Assembly (NCBI GenBank): GCA_963707635.1
Contig: OY970173.1
Location: 1,568,001 to 1,632,000, forward strand
DNA: 64,000 nucleotides
Direction of reading: 5' to 3'
DNA from: Candidatus Latescibacterota bacterium
GTDB taxonomy: Bacteria > Krumholzibacteriota > Krumholzibacteriia > WVZY01 > JAKEHA01
Shown: piece after piece, positions 23,427 through 33,262 of the stretch
How positions within the stretch are numbered: position 1 is the first letter of the stretch
Layout of the letters: each line of letters opens with the position of its first letter
Program-made: the position numbers and the translations under genes
Notes under the pieces: generated by a model
Database searches by the model: none
Told to the model about the DNA's origin: nothing
What the model saw: only the letters and a program-made list of their open reading frames with translations

Positions 23427-24764
23427 ATGGCCAGAAGCACCGGTTTCGATGTGAACGTCGAGCCGACCCAGGTCCTCGACATCATCGGTCGTCACATGCT
23501 GGTCGACGGCTTTCCGATCGTGGTCGACCTCGAGAAGAGCCAGGGTATCCGCCTGCGCGACAAGGCCGATGGTCGCACGTACATAGACTTCTTCCAGTTT
23601 TTCGCGACGCTTCCGATCGGGCTCAACCACCCGAAGATCACGGATCCGGCGTTCCGGGAGCGCATCGGGCACGCGGCGCTCAACAAGCCCTCGAACTCGG
23701 ACTTCTACAGCCAGCAGATGGCGGAGTTCGTCGAGGCGATGGATCGTTTTGCGATCCCCGGCGCATTGCCCAACATGTTTCTGATCGAGGGCGGCGCGCT
23801 CGGGGTGGAGAACGCGCTCAAGGCGGCGTTCGACTGGAAGGTGCAGAAGAACTACCAGCGCGGCGCCACCCGCGACATCGGCCAGCAGGTGATTCACTTC
23901 CGCGAGGCCTTCCACGGCCGCACCGGCTACACCATGTCGATGACCAACACCGACCCGGTGAAGATCAAGTACTACCCCAAATTCAACTGGCCGCGCATCA
24001 CCAACCCGAAGGTGACGTTCCCGCTCGAGAAGCACCTCGACGAGGTGATCGCCGCGGAAGAACAGGCCCGGCGCGAAATCAAAGACGCGATCCGCGAGCA
24101 CGGGGCCGACATCGCGGCGCTGATCATCGAACCGATCCAGGGCGAGGGCGGCGACAACCACTTCCGCCCCGAGTTCCTGAAGTTCCTGCGCGAGATCACC
24201 GAAGAGAACGAAATCATCTTCATATGCGACGAAGTCCAGGCGGGCGTGGGACTGACCGGAAAATTCTGGGCGATCGAGCACGCCGGCGTGCTGCCGGACA
24301 TCATCGCCTTCGGCAAGAAGACCCAGGTGTGCGGGATGCTAGCCTCGAACAAGATCAACGAGGTCGACAGCGTGTTCAAGGTGCCGAGCCGCATCAACTC
24401 GACCTGGGGAGGGAACCTCACCGACATGGTGCGCGCCACGCGCTACCTGCAGGTGATCGACGAAGACAACCTGGTCGAGAACGCGCGCGCGGTGGGCGAG
24501 TACCTCCTGGGCAAGCTCCACGAGGTGCGCGACCGCTACGCCGGCCAGGTGACCAACACTCGCGGGCGCGGACTCATGTGCGCCTTCGACCTCCCGAGCC
24601 CCGAGGTGCGCTCGAAGTTCCTCGCCAAGGCGAAGGAGAACGGCCTGCTGATCGTGGGGTGCGGGGTGAGGTCGGTGCGCTTCCGCCCGCCGCTCAATCT
24701 GACGAGGGCCGACGCCGACGAGGGACTCGCGATCCTGGATCGCTCGCTCGGCGAGGTGTTGTAG
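23427..24764 (+). CDS. lat: L-lysine 6-aminotransferase (class III aminotransferase)
   Basis: HMLVDGF, NKPSNSD, GALGVENALKAAFDWK, AFHGRTGY, EPIQGEGGDNHF, DEVQ, FGKK, RINSTWGGN. Confidence 0.92.
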   Translation: MARSTGFDVNVEPTQVLDIIGRHMLVDGFPIVVDLEKSQGIRLRDKADGRTYIDFFQFFATLPIGLNHPKITDPAFRERIGHAALNKPSNSDFYSQQMAEFVEAMDRFAIPGALPNMFLIEGGALGVENALKAAFDWKVQKNYQRGATRDIGQQVIHFREAFHGRTGYTMSMTNTDPVKIKYYPKFNWPRITNPKVTFPLEKHLDEVIAAEEQARREIKDAIREHGADIAALIIEPIQGEGGDNHFRPEFLKFLREITEENEIIFICDEVQAGVGLTGKFWAIEHAGVLPDIIAFGKKTQVCGMLASNKINEVDSVFKVPSRINSTWGGNLTDMVRATRYLQVIDEDNLVENARAVGEYLLGKLHEVRDRYAGQVTNTRGRGLMCAFDLPSPEVRSKFLAKAKENGLLIVGCGVRSVRFRPPLNLTRADADEGLAILDRSLGEVL

Positions 24765-24938
24765 GGCCGCCGCGGGCGCCCGAAGTCGCGGCGCCCACGA
24801 GAAAACCGGGAGCGCCGGCGCGCGCGCGGTGTTTATTCGGATGACCCACCCCTGACGGCGCCGGGCCACCGCGTCCCACCACGTCATGGCTTTGGAATTG
24901 CGCGGGTTGCGACTGCTGCCGTACCCTATGCGCTGACC

Positions 24939-26075
24939 ATGTCCGACCTCGTTTTCTCCCATCTTCGCAAGGAATTCCCGGGCGGTGTCGTCGCCGTCGA
25001 GGATTTCACCCTCACCGTGCCGAGCCCGCGCATGGTGGTGCTGGTCGGACCGTCGGGGTGCGGCAAGACGACGCTCCTGCGGATGATCGCCGGGCTGGAG
25101 ACACCGAGCGGCGGCACCATTCACCTCGGCGCCGAGCGCCTGGATACGCGGTCCCCGCGCGACCGCGACATCGCGATGGTGTTCCAGAGCTACGCGCTCT
25201 ATCCGCACATGACCGTGGCGGAGAATCTGTCGTTCGGCCTCCGGGTCCGCAAGGTGCCGGCGGCGACCATCGAGGAGAAGGTGCGCGCCACGGCGAAGAC
25301 GCTCGAGCTGGACGCGCTGCTCCAGCGACACCCGGCCGAGCTCTCCGGCGGCCAGCGGCAGCGCGTGGCCCTGGGCCGCGCGATCATCCGGGAGCCACGC
25401 GTCTTTCTCTTCGACGAGCCGCTGTCGAATCTGGACGCGCGCCTTCGCACCGAGATGCGCACCGCCATCCGGCGGCTCTACGACCGGCTGCAGGTGACAT
25501 CCATCTATGTCACCCACGACCAGGTGGAAGCGATGACGATCGGGGATCTGCTCGTGATCATGAACCGGGGACGTGTCCACCAGGTGGGGACACCCGAGGC
25601 GTGCTATCGACGGCCGGTCGACACCTTCGTGGCCGCGTTCCTGGGCAGCCCGGCGATGAATATGGCCGCGGCCCGCGTCGACCGGGGCGAGCTGGTATTC
25701 GAGGGCGGAGATCGTTCGCCGGTGGCGGCGGACCTGGCGCGCCGGTTGGATGCGCGCCCGGACGCCGAGGTGGTGGTGGGTGTGCGCCCGGAAGACGTCT
25801 ACCCCTCGCCGGAGAGGCTGGCCCGCCCGCTCCCGCTCTCCGGAGCGCTCCTCCTGCGCGAACCGCTCGGGCACGAGACGCTCACCCATCTGCGCGCGGG
25901 CGGCATCGAGATGGTGGCCAGGGGGGCCCGCGAGTTCGTTTCCGGCGCCGATGGGCGCACGCCGCTGTTTCTCGACGCGACCCGGCTTCATATCTTCTGG
26001 AAGGACTCGGGGCGGCGGATCGACGCCGGAGAGGACGGGGTCGAGGCGCCCGCGGGGGCCGCGTCGCCGGCATGA
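24939..26075 (+). CDS. MalK/UgpC-type ABC transporter ATP-binding protein
   Basis: GPSGCGKTT, VFQSYALYPH, LSGGQRQRVALGRA, DEPLSNLDA, YVTHDQVEA, GVRPE. Confidence 0.95.
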   Translation: MSDLVFSHLRKEFPGGVVAVEDFTLTVPSPRMVVLVGPSGCGKTTLLRMIAGLETPSGGTIHLGAERLDTRSPRDRDIAMVFQSYALYPHMTVAENLSFGLRVRKVPAATIEEKVRATAKTLELDALLQRHPAELSGGQRQRVALGRAIIREPRVFLFDEPLSNLDARLRTEMRTAIRRLYDRLQVTSIYVTHDQVEAMTIGDLLVIMNRGRVHQVGTPEACYRRPVDTFVAAFLGSPAMNMAAARVDRGELVFEGGDRSPVAADLARRLDARPDAEVVVGVRPEDVYPSPERLARPLPLSGALLLREPLGHETLTHLRAGGIEMVARGAREFVSGADGRTPLFLDATRLHIFWKDSGRRIDAGEDGVEAPAGAASPA

Positions 26076-26890
26076 CGCCCGTCATCCTGTGGCTCAATCA
26101 CGTCTTTCGCCGGCCGAATGTCGGCGGGCGGGAGTCGCGGGATTCATACTCGCACTGGGAGCACCACTGGGGCCGCGAGTTTGCGCGCATCTACATGGAG
26201 CCCGCGGGCGACCTGAAGGGCCGGCGGGTGCTGGACGTCGGGTGCGGGCTGGGCGGAAAGACCGTCGCCTATGCGGAAGCGGGGGCGGAGGTGTCGGGAA
26301 CGGACCTGCTGGTCGAGAACGCGGAGCAGAGCCAGGCGTACGCGACCCGTCACGGCGCCCGCGCGTCGTTTTTCGTGAGCGACGCCGCCGACCTGCCGCT
26401 GCGCGACGGAGTGTTCGACACGGTGGTCGCGAACGACGCCATGGAGCATTTCGCGCGGCCCGAGCACGCGCTCTCGGAGATGGCGCGGGTGGTGAAACCC
26501 GGCGGCGCGATCTGGATCTTTTTCACGCCGCACTATTCGCCGCTGGGGTCGCACCTGTACGACTACGTGTACACGCCGTGGTGCCATCTGCTGTTCACCC
26601 GCGGCCAGTTGGAGGGGGCGATTCGCGCGGTGGTGACCGAGCGCGCCGGGACCGACCGGCGCGACGAGGTGGAGAAACGGGTGCGTGAGGTGATGGAGTC
26701 GTACGACCGCGATCTGAATCGCATGAGCATCGACCGCTTCCTGCGCATCGCGCGCGGCGCGGGCGCGGTGCGGGTGACGAAGCTGGTGCTCAACCCGGCG
26801 AAGTTCTCGTTCCTGAAGCCGCTGACGCTCGTGCCCGGACTGCGCGAGCTGGTGAGCGGGTTCGTCGTGTGCCGGCTGGAGCGGGTATGA
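26072..26890 (+). CDS. Class I SAM-dependent methyltransferase
   Basis: VLDVGCGLGG, DAADLP, FDTVV, RVVKPGG; ATGA overlap with the upstream gene. Confidence 0.88.
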   Translation: MTPVILWLNHVFRRPNVGGRESRDSYSHWEHHWGREFARIYMEPAGDLKGRRVLDVGCGLGGKTVAYAEAGAEVSGTDLLVENAEQSQAYATRHGARASFFVSDAADLPLRDGVFDTVVANDAMEHFARPEHALSEMARVVKPGGAIWIFFTPHYSPLGSHLYDYVYTPWCHLLFTRGQLEGAIRAVVTERAGTDRRDEVEKRVREVMESYDRDLNRMSIDRFLRIARGAGAVRVTKLVLNPAKFSFLKPLTLVPGLRELVSGFVVCRLERV

Positions 26891-26918
26891 TCTCTCGCAG
26901 TTATCCGGAGGGGGCGCC

Positions 26919-27833
26919 ATGACCAACGCGCGCGCGTTCCGCGAGCACCGCGATCGCACGCTGCTCTGGGGGCTGGTGGCGTCGGTGCTTCTGCACGCGT
27001 TCCTGTTCGTCCCCGCCGTGCGGGATGTGTTTTCGGACGTGGTGTCGGAGGCACTCGAGCAGCGCATCGAGCCCGAGCCGATGGCCCCGCCGATGGAGTT
27101 CACGCTGGTGTCGCCGCCGGACAACCCGACCCCGACAGAGGGGGACAGTCGCTTTCGATCGACCGTGTCGTCGGCGGCGAGCGACCAGGACCCGCGCGAC
27201 ACCGGGGCGGATGCGCCGCACAGCGAGGGGCGCATGCCGATTCCGGACACGCCCGGGCGGTCCGGAGGCGCCGACGGCGGCGGGAAGTCGGACGTGCCAC
27301 CGCTGCCGCAGGAACAGGGCGACTTGAGCGAAGCGCTGCAGCGCTCGAAGTGGACCAGCGAGACGAGTCCGCAACGGGAGCCGTCGTTCGCGGACGAGAC
27401 CCACGAGTACGACGAGCCGGGCTCCGCGCGCGCGTCCATCGGCGGCATCTCGCTCAACACCACGGCGTGGGACTTCGCGCCGTACTTGCTGGACCTGAAG
27501 CGGCGCATCAAGCAGAAGTGGATCCCGCCCATCGCGTTCACCGCGCTGGGGGCGATCCACGGCTACACGTGGATTCGCTTCCGGATCTACCCGAACGGAC
27601 ACATGGAGGGAATGGAAGTCATCGAGACCGACGGGCACGACTCGCTGCACAAGTCGAGCGCCAACGCCGTCAAGGGGGCGGCGCCGTTTCGCGAGCTCCC
27701 GTCGGATTTTCCGGAGAAGTACCTGGAGATCGAGTTCGGTTTCTACTACCTGCTTCCGGGTGACGAAGACCGGTTTTTCAAGAACGGAAAGTTCATCCGC
27801 AAGGAAGACAACGGGGAAAGGAGTCAGCCGTAG
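26919..27833 (+). CDS. TonB/TolA-like energy transducer
   Basis: N-terminal TM with SxxxH (SVLLH), Pro/acidic linker, C-terminal Y...KRRIKQKW..F.I..NG..S..AV..AAPF..LP; directly upstream of exbB/exbD homologs. Confidence 0.75.
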   Translation: MTNARAFREHRDRTLLWGLVASVLLHAFLFVPAVRDVFSDVVSEALEQRIEPEPMAPPMEFTLVSPPDNPTPTEGDSRFRSTVSSAASDQDPRDTGADAPHSEGRMPIPDTPGRSGGADGGGKSDVPPLPQEQGDLSEALQRSKWTSETSPQREPSFADETHEYDEPGSARASIGGISLNTTAWDFAPYLLDLKRRIKQKWIPPIAFTALGAIHGYTWIRFRIYPNGHMEGMEVIETDGHDSLHKSSANAVKGAAPFRELPSDFPEKYLEIEFGFYYLLPGDEDRFFKNGKFIRKEDNGERSQP

Positions 27834-28487
27834 ATGTGGGCTCTATTCGAAAAGGGCGGGCCGACGATGTACCCGCTCGCCCTGATGTCGGTGTTGACGC
27901 TCGCCGTCCTCATCGAAAAGCTGTTCTCGCTTCGCACCAGCAAGGTGATCCAGGGCGAGATCGTGAGCTGCATCGAGTCGATCCGGACGCCGGCTGACAT
28001 CCCGCTGGCGATCAAGATCTGCGAGCGCTACGACACGCCGTTCGCCAACATCATCCGCGCCGGGCTGGTGGAAGCGGGCAAGCCGATTCGCGCCGTGCGC
28101 CAGGAGATGGAGGACACGGGTCGTCGCGAGGTGAAGCGGCTCGAGCGCTACATGGTGGTGCTGGAGACCGCCGCCGCGTCCGGTCCGTTGCTCGGCCTGC
28201 TCGGAACCGTGATCGGCATGATCCAGGTCTTCTCGGTGATCAGCGTGTCCGGCGTGGGACAGGCCGGAATGCTCTCGGGCGGCATCGCACAGGCGCTGAT
28301 CGCAACCGTGCTGGGGCTGATCATCGCGGTGCCGGCGCTCATTCTCTACAACTTCCTGGACGCGCGCATCGAAGGCCTCGTGCTGCGCATCGACGGGTAC
28401 TCGCACCATCTCATGAAACGGCTTGCCGCCATGGGCGGCGCAACCTCGGAATACGAGGACTCCGGGCTCGAACTGCGCAAGGGATAA
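27834..28487 (+). CDS. MotA/TolQ/ExbB proton channel family protein
   Basis: GGPTMYPL, PLLGLLGTVIGMI, GIAQALIAT..GL.IAVPA. Confidence 0.93.
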   Translation: MWALFEKGGPTMYPLALMSVLTLAVLIEKLFSLRTSKVIQGEIVSCIESIRTPADIPLAIKICERYDTPFANIIRAGLVEAGKPIRAVRQEMEDTGRREVKRLERYMVVLETAAASGPLLGLLGTVIGMIQVFSVISVSGVGQAGMLSGGIAQALIATVLGLIIAVPALILYNFLDARIEGLVLRIDGYSHHLMKRLAAMGGATSEYEDSGLELRKG

Positions 28488-28491
28488 CGAC

Positions 28492-28899
28492 GTGGAACTC
28501 CGCCGCTCCAAGCGCGAGGGCCGTTCGGTCTTCGTTAATGTCACGTCCTTCATCGACGTGCTGTTCGTGCTGTTGTTGTTCTTCATGGTGTCCACGACGT
28601 TCATCAGTCAGCCGGCCATGAACCTGGATCTTCCCAAGGCGCAGCACTCGCAGACGACGCGGCAGCCGGCGATCGTCATCTACGTGCGCGAAGACGGCGC
28701 GGTCTACCTCAACGACGAGCTGGTCGACGTGGGCCTGCTGGAGCAGTCGCTCGCGTCGCGGCTCGCGTCGTCGGCCGACAAGGCCGTCGTGCTGGAAGCC
28801 GACTCGCGCGTCTCGCACGGACGCGTGATCGAAGTGCTCGACGTGATCAAGGGCGCCGGTGCGGTGAAGCTGACCATCGCGACGCAGCCCAAGTCGTGA
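28492..28899 (+). CDS. ExbD/TolR family protein
   Basis: NVTSFIDVLFVLLLFFMVST, LDLPKA, L.AD..V.HG.V..VLD. Confidence 0.93.
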   Translation: MELRRSKREGRSVFVNVTSFIDVLFVLLLFFMVSTTFISQPAMNLDLPKAQHSQTTRQPAIVIYVREDGAVYLNDELVDVGLLEQSLASRLASSADKAVVLEADSRVSHGRVIEVLDVIKGAGAVKLTIATQPKS

Positions 28900-28946
28900 T
28901 TTCGCTTCGCCTTGACCATCACCTCCCCGTGTGCTAGAAGGCATAG

Positions 28947-30110
28947 ATGAATCTCCCACCCGGGCGTTTTCTGGTCGCGCGCGCCGTCGGCAGCCGGGCC
29001 GTGCTGGGCCTCGCGGCGATGGTCGCGCTCGTGACCTGCTCCTCGGATCCGCCGTCGCCGGTCGGCTCGACGAGCGATCTCATCGGGAGCGAACCGGGAA
29101 CGGTGTACCAGGACACGATCAGCGTGTTCGCGGACACCGTTTACACGTTCAACACGCCGATCGCGAGTGAAACTGCGCTGGACTTCGGCCGCAGCGACGG
29201 TTACACGCGGACGATGATTCTCCAGCCCGGGTTCTCCGGCGTCACCTCGGGCGAGAAGGCGCTGGTGGTGGCGAGCGCGTTTCTGCGCTTGCAGCCGGCG
29301 TCCGTCACCGGGAGCTTCCCGGCCCGTTTCTACCGCCTGGCCGACCGGTACGCGGAGGGGGACTCGATCGGGTCGCTCGACACTCTCTCCGCGATCGTCG
29401 ACCCGACCACGGGCAGCCCGACCCGCGCGCTGCAGACGTTTCCCGAGACCTACCCGCTCCCGCCCGCGCTCGTGCAGGGGTGGATCCGCGAAGACAGCGC
29501 GCGCACCGCCATCGCCGTCGTCTACACCGACGACGTGAACGACCGCCTGGCGACGTTCTCGTCGCAGAACGCGGCAACCGACCGGCCGGTTCTGACGGTC
29601 ACCTACGTGGGTGGCGCGCAGAAGTCCTACTCCATCTCGGGCGACGCCACCTTCATCCGGCCGACGGGAACGACGTCGAACCTGATCGTGGCCGACGGGT
29701 ACGTGCGTCGCGTCTACTTCCGCATGCATCTCGACGAACTGGCGAGCGACGCCGCCGTGCACACGGCGCGCGTTCGTTTTCACATCGTCCCCGGCACCGC
29801 GCTGGGCGATAACACCACCGCGGTCATCTACGTCCCCGACTCGACCGACCCGGCGAGCAGCGCCTTCCTCGACGGGCAGGCGGTGACGGAGCAGACCTTC
29901 GACCTCACCGACGAGACGCTCGAGTTTCCGGTGACCAACGCGATCTTTCTCACCCTGCAGGGGACGCTGAAGGACAACGGCTTCGTGGTCCGGTTCAAGT
30001 TCGAGAACACCGAGCTGCGCCAGCTCGAACTCTACGGATCCGCCGCCGCGGACTCGCTCCGGCCCCATGTTTTCATCACCTCGTCGACCCCGGCGGAGTT
30101 CGACCCATGA
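28947..30110 (+). CDS. Putative lipoprotein
   Basis: Lipobox LVTC-SS; Thr/Ser-rich beta-type mature region. Confidence 0.65.
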   Translation: MNLPPGRFLVARAVGSRAVLGLAAMVALVTCSSDPPSPVGSTSDLIGSEPGTVYQDTISVFADTVYTFNTPIASETALDFGRSDGYTRTMILQPGFSGVTSGEKALVVASAFLRLQPASVTGSFPARFYRLADRYAEGDSIGSLDTLSAIVDPTTGSPTRALQTFPETYPLPPALVQGWIREDSARTAIAVVYTDDVNDRLATFSSQNAATDRPVLTVTYVGGAQKSYSISGDATFIRPTGTTSNLIVADGYVRRVYFRMHLDELASDAAVHTARVRFHIVPGTALGDNTTAVIYVPDSTDPASSAFLDGQAVTEQTFDLTDETLEFPVTNAIFLTLQGTLKDNGFVVRFKFENTELRQLELYGSAAADSLRPHVFITSSTPAEFDP

Positions 30111-31306
30111 CGGCGCGAAGCGGCCGGCTGCTTGGGGTGGTGGCGTGCGCGCTGGTCCTCTGCGGGACCGGACTTGCGCGCGGCGAATCGGTCTTCGGGC
30201 TCAACCTGGTGGGCGAGCGAGTCGACGTCGGCGACGGACGCGTGGTCGCGCTGGGCGGGTTCGTGCAGATGATCGACGACTCGCTGGGACTGCTGCAGTA
30301 CAACCCGGCGATGCTGGCGTGGACCAAGCGCGTGACGTTCGGCGTCTCCGGATACATCAGCTCCGACGTCAACCGGACCGAGGGTCTGGAGCGGCGCGAC
30401 AACGGGGCGAAACTCTCGATGTTTTCGTTTGCGTTCCCCCTGTATCGCAATCGCCTGAGCGTGGGCTTCGGATTCCGGGGCCGCTACGACCCCGACGGGG
30501 AGTTCCGCGTCGACCACACCACGCCCGAGGGCGACGCCTACGCCGACTGGTACCAGCGCAGCGGGGGATTGTGGACGGTCCCGTTCACGATCGCGCTGGA
30601 CACCGGGCGCTTCCTGAAATTGGGGGCGTTCTACTCGCTGGAACGCGGCCACGTGCAGGACACCTGGATCGTGGACTTCGCCGACCCGTCGAACCAGGAC
30701 GCCGTCAGCTCCCAGGAGCGTTCGGTGACGGGGGACGCCTTCGGGGTCGGGGCCACGCTCCGGCCGACGCGGAGGATCTCGCTCGGGGTCGTGTACGAGT
30801 CCAAAATCGATTACGATATCGACGTGGAAGAGCACTACACGAACGCGAGCGCGGACACCAGTTACGCCGAGGTGGGGGCGCTCCCCGAACGCTGGGTGGT
30901 GTCGCTGTGCTGGCGCGTCGCCAGCTCCATCAGCGTGTACGCGGGCGCGTCGGTATGCGATTTCACCAAGTTTAACGGGTTCGATTTCCCGGCCTCGCGC
31001 CTGGCGCGCGAGGAAGTCGGCGCCCTGGGGGTGGAGTACCGGTTGAAGCAGAGGCCGATTCGCGTCTCGGTGCGCTACGAGAAGCTCCCCTACACGATGC
31101 CGGATGACCAGGAGATCACCAAGTTGCAGTTCGCGATCGGCACCGGACTGATGTTCAAGAGCGGGCTGGGCAAACTCGACGCCGCGGTGCAGTTCGGCGA
31201 GACCGGGTCGGTGGACACCAACGGGTTTGCCGACCGGTCGGTGCGCTTCGTCATGAGTATCACGGGGTCCGAACAATGGAAACGCAAACGCGACAATCGC
31301 TACTAA
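30107..31306 (+). CDS. Outer-membrane beta-barrel, FadL/PorV-like
   Basis: Signal peptide; ALGG...NPAML plug-like N-terminus; alternating beta-strand pattern. Confidence 0.65.
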   Translation: MTARSGRLLGVVACALVLCGTGLARGESVFGLNLVGERVDVGDGRVVALGGFVQMIDDSLGLLQYNPAMLAWTKRVTFGVSGYISSDVNRTEGLERRDNGAKLSMFSFAFPLYRNRLSVGFGFRGRYDPDGEFRVDHTTPEGDAYADWYQRSGGLWTVPFTIALDTGRFLKLGAFYSLERGHVQDTWIVDFADPSNQDAVSSQERSVTGDAFGVGATLRPTRRISLGVVYESKIDYDIDVEEHYTNASADTSYAEVGALPERWVVSLCWRVASSISVYAGASVCDFTKFNGFDFPASRLAREEVGALGVEYRLKQRPIRVSVRYEKLPYTMPDDQEITKLQFAIGTGLMFKSGLGKLDAAVQFGETGSVDTNGFADRSVRFVMSITGSEQWKRKRDNRY

Positions 31307-32004
31307 TGACAACCCACACACGCCGCCTGTGCGCCGGGCTTTCGGTCGTGCTCGCGCTCGCGTGCGCCGGCGGGCACGGCGGCGCGCCGCCGGCGAAGGT
31401 CGAGCCGACGCTCGCGGAGCGCCTGAAACCGATGTCGCCCGCGGATCAGCTCGCGACCCTGCGCCCGCTCGGGGCGGCCGATACGTCGAACGCGGACCTC
31501 GCCTTCTACACCGGCAACGCGTACTACGCCGTCGGCAGCGCATTCTCGCCGGAGCAGCACGGCCAGGCGGTGGCGTACTTCGACAGCGCGGTCGTGGAGT
31601 ACCAGCGCGCGGTGCGCGTCGACTCGACGATGTCGAAGGCGTGGGTCAACATGGGACTCGCGTTCGAGGCGAAGAGTGGCAACTCGGAGGCCCGCCGGGC
31701 GTTCCAGTCGGCGATTGCCATCAACCCCCGCGACGTGCTGGCCTATTGCCACCTGGGATACCTCGAGCAGCAGAGCGGGAACGTTTCGCAGGCGATAGGC
31801 CTGTACAAGCAGGCGCTCGCGATCGACGCCAACTCCGCGCAGGCGCACTACAACCTCGGGCTCGCCTTCGCAGAAGCGAAAGTTTTCAAGGAAGCGGTGT
31901 TGGAATGGGAAACGGTGGTGCGTCTCGACCCCGACGGGGAACTGGGGCGGACCGCGGCCGAGAACGTGAAGATCATCCGGCAGTATTTGAGCGCGACGCC
32001 GTAG
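31306..32004 (+). CDS. TPR-repeat lipoprotein
   Basis: Lipobox LALAC; repeats AWVNMG, AYCHLG, AHYNLG. Confidence 0.85.
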   Translation: MTTHTRRLCAGLSVVLALACAGGHGGAPPAKVEPTLAERLKPMSPADQLATLRPLGAADTSNADLAFYTGNAYYAVGSAFSPEQHGQAVAYFDSAVVEYQRAVRVDSTMSKAWVNMGLAFEAKSGNSEARRAFQSAIAINPRDVLAYCHLGYLEQQSGNVSQAIGLYKQALAIDANSAQAHYNLGLAFAEAKVFKEAVLEWETVVRLDPDGELGRTAAENVKIIRQYLSATP

Positions 32005-32125
32005 GAAGTCCGCGGGTCCTGTCGCCGACAGCCCGTGGCGGCTCGCTTCGTCCGCGCCTTCGCACTAGACTCGCTCGCCGCCCGGGCGCCCGTCGGCGCC
32101 ACCCGCGGGAGTTCTCAGCAGAAAC

Positions 32126-33262
32126 ATGAACGGACGCTTTCTCACTCTCGATGACTATCGCCCCGGGGCGCGCGTGCTGCTCGCGATGAGCGGCGGGGTC
32201 GACTCCGCCGTGTCGGCGGTGGCCCTGGTCGAGGCCGGGTTCCGTGTCGTCGGCCTGACGATGAAGAACTACTGCCACGGCGACTCGTTCGACGCGGCTC
32301 CAGAGCGCTCGTGCTGCTCGCTCACCGCCATCGACGACGCCCGCGCCGCGTGCCAGCGCCTCGGGATCCGCCACATGGTGGTCGGCACCGAGGAGCTTTT
32401 CGGCCGCGAGGTCTACGGGAACTTCCTCGACGAGTATCGCGCCGGCCGGACCCCCAACCCGTGCGTGCGCTGCAACTCGATCGTCCGGTTCGACACGCTG
32501 TCCGAGTGGGCCGACCGCATGGGCTTCGACTACCTGGCCACCGGCCATTACGCGCGTGTCTTCCAATCTGAGCAAGGCCAGTGCTATCTAGCCCGTTCCA
32601 GCAATGCTAATAAGGACCAGTCGTACTTTCTCTCCGCGCTCCCGCGCGGCGTGTTGCCGCGCGTGCTGTTTCCGCTGGGGGACCGCGAGAAGGCCGAGGT
32701 GCGCGCGCGCGCGCGTCGCGCCGGGCTGTCCGTGGCCGAGAAGCCGGATAGTCAGGAAGTCTGTTTCGTCACCACCCGGACGCTGCGCGAGTTTCTCGAC
32801 GGCAGGGTGCCGCTCGCGCCCGGCGACGTCGAGACGATCGACGGCACCGTGGTGGGCCGGCACGACGGGCTCGCGACTTACACCATCGGCCAGCGGCGCG
32901 GGCTCGGCGTCGCCGCCGGCCGCCCGCAGTACGTCGTCGCCCTCGACGTTTCCCGCAATACCGTGGTTCTCGGCGACGACGCGGCCCTGTGGGGGCGGGA
33001 GCTGACCTGCCGCATCGAATGGGTCGACGAACGCGTCGGCAACTCCGGCGGACGATCGCCGCTCGCGGCGCAGATTCGTTCGCGCCAGGGCGCGCAACCG
33101 GTGTCGTCGGTCGAGGTCGGCGGCGAGGTCGCGCGTGTCGTGTTCGATTCTCCCCAGCGGGCCATCGCGCCCGGTCAGACCATCGCGTTCTACGACGGTG
33201 ACGTCGTGCTCGGCTCCGGCGTGATCGAGTCCGCGGAACCGGCACGGTCGGCGTCGCCGTGA
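32126..33262 (+). CDS. mnmA: tRNA 2-thiouridine(34) synthase
   Basis: AMSGGVDS, TPNPCVRCN, ATGHYA, KDQSYFL, DSQEVCF, TIGQRRG, PGQ. Confidence 0.97.
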   Translation: MNGRFLTLDDYRPGARVLLAMSGGVDSAVSAVALVEAGFRVVGLTMKNYCHGDSFDAAPERSCCSLTAIDDARAACQRLGIRHMVVGTEELFGREVYGNFLDEYRAGRTPNPCVRCNSIVRFDTLSEWADRMGFDYLATGHYARVFQSEQGQCYLARSSNANKDQSYFLSALPRGVLPRVLFPLGDREKAEVRARARRAGLSVAEKPDSQEVCFVTTRTLREFLDGRVPLAPGDVETIDGTVVGRHDGLATYTIGQRRGLGVAAGRPQYVVALDVSRNTVVLGDDAALWGRELTCRIEWVDERVGNSGGRSPLAAQIRSRQGAQPVSSVEVGGEVARVVFDSPQRAIAPGQTIAFYDGDVVLGSGVIESAEPARSASP

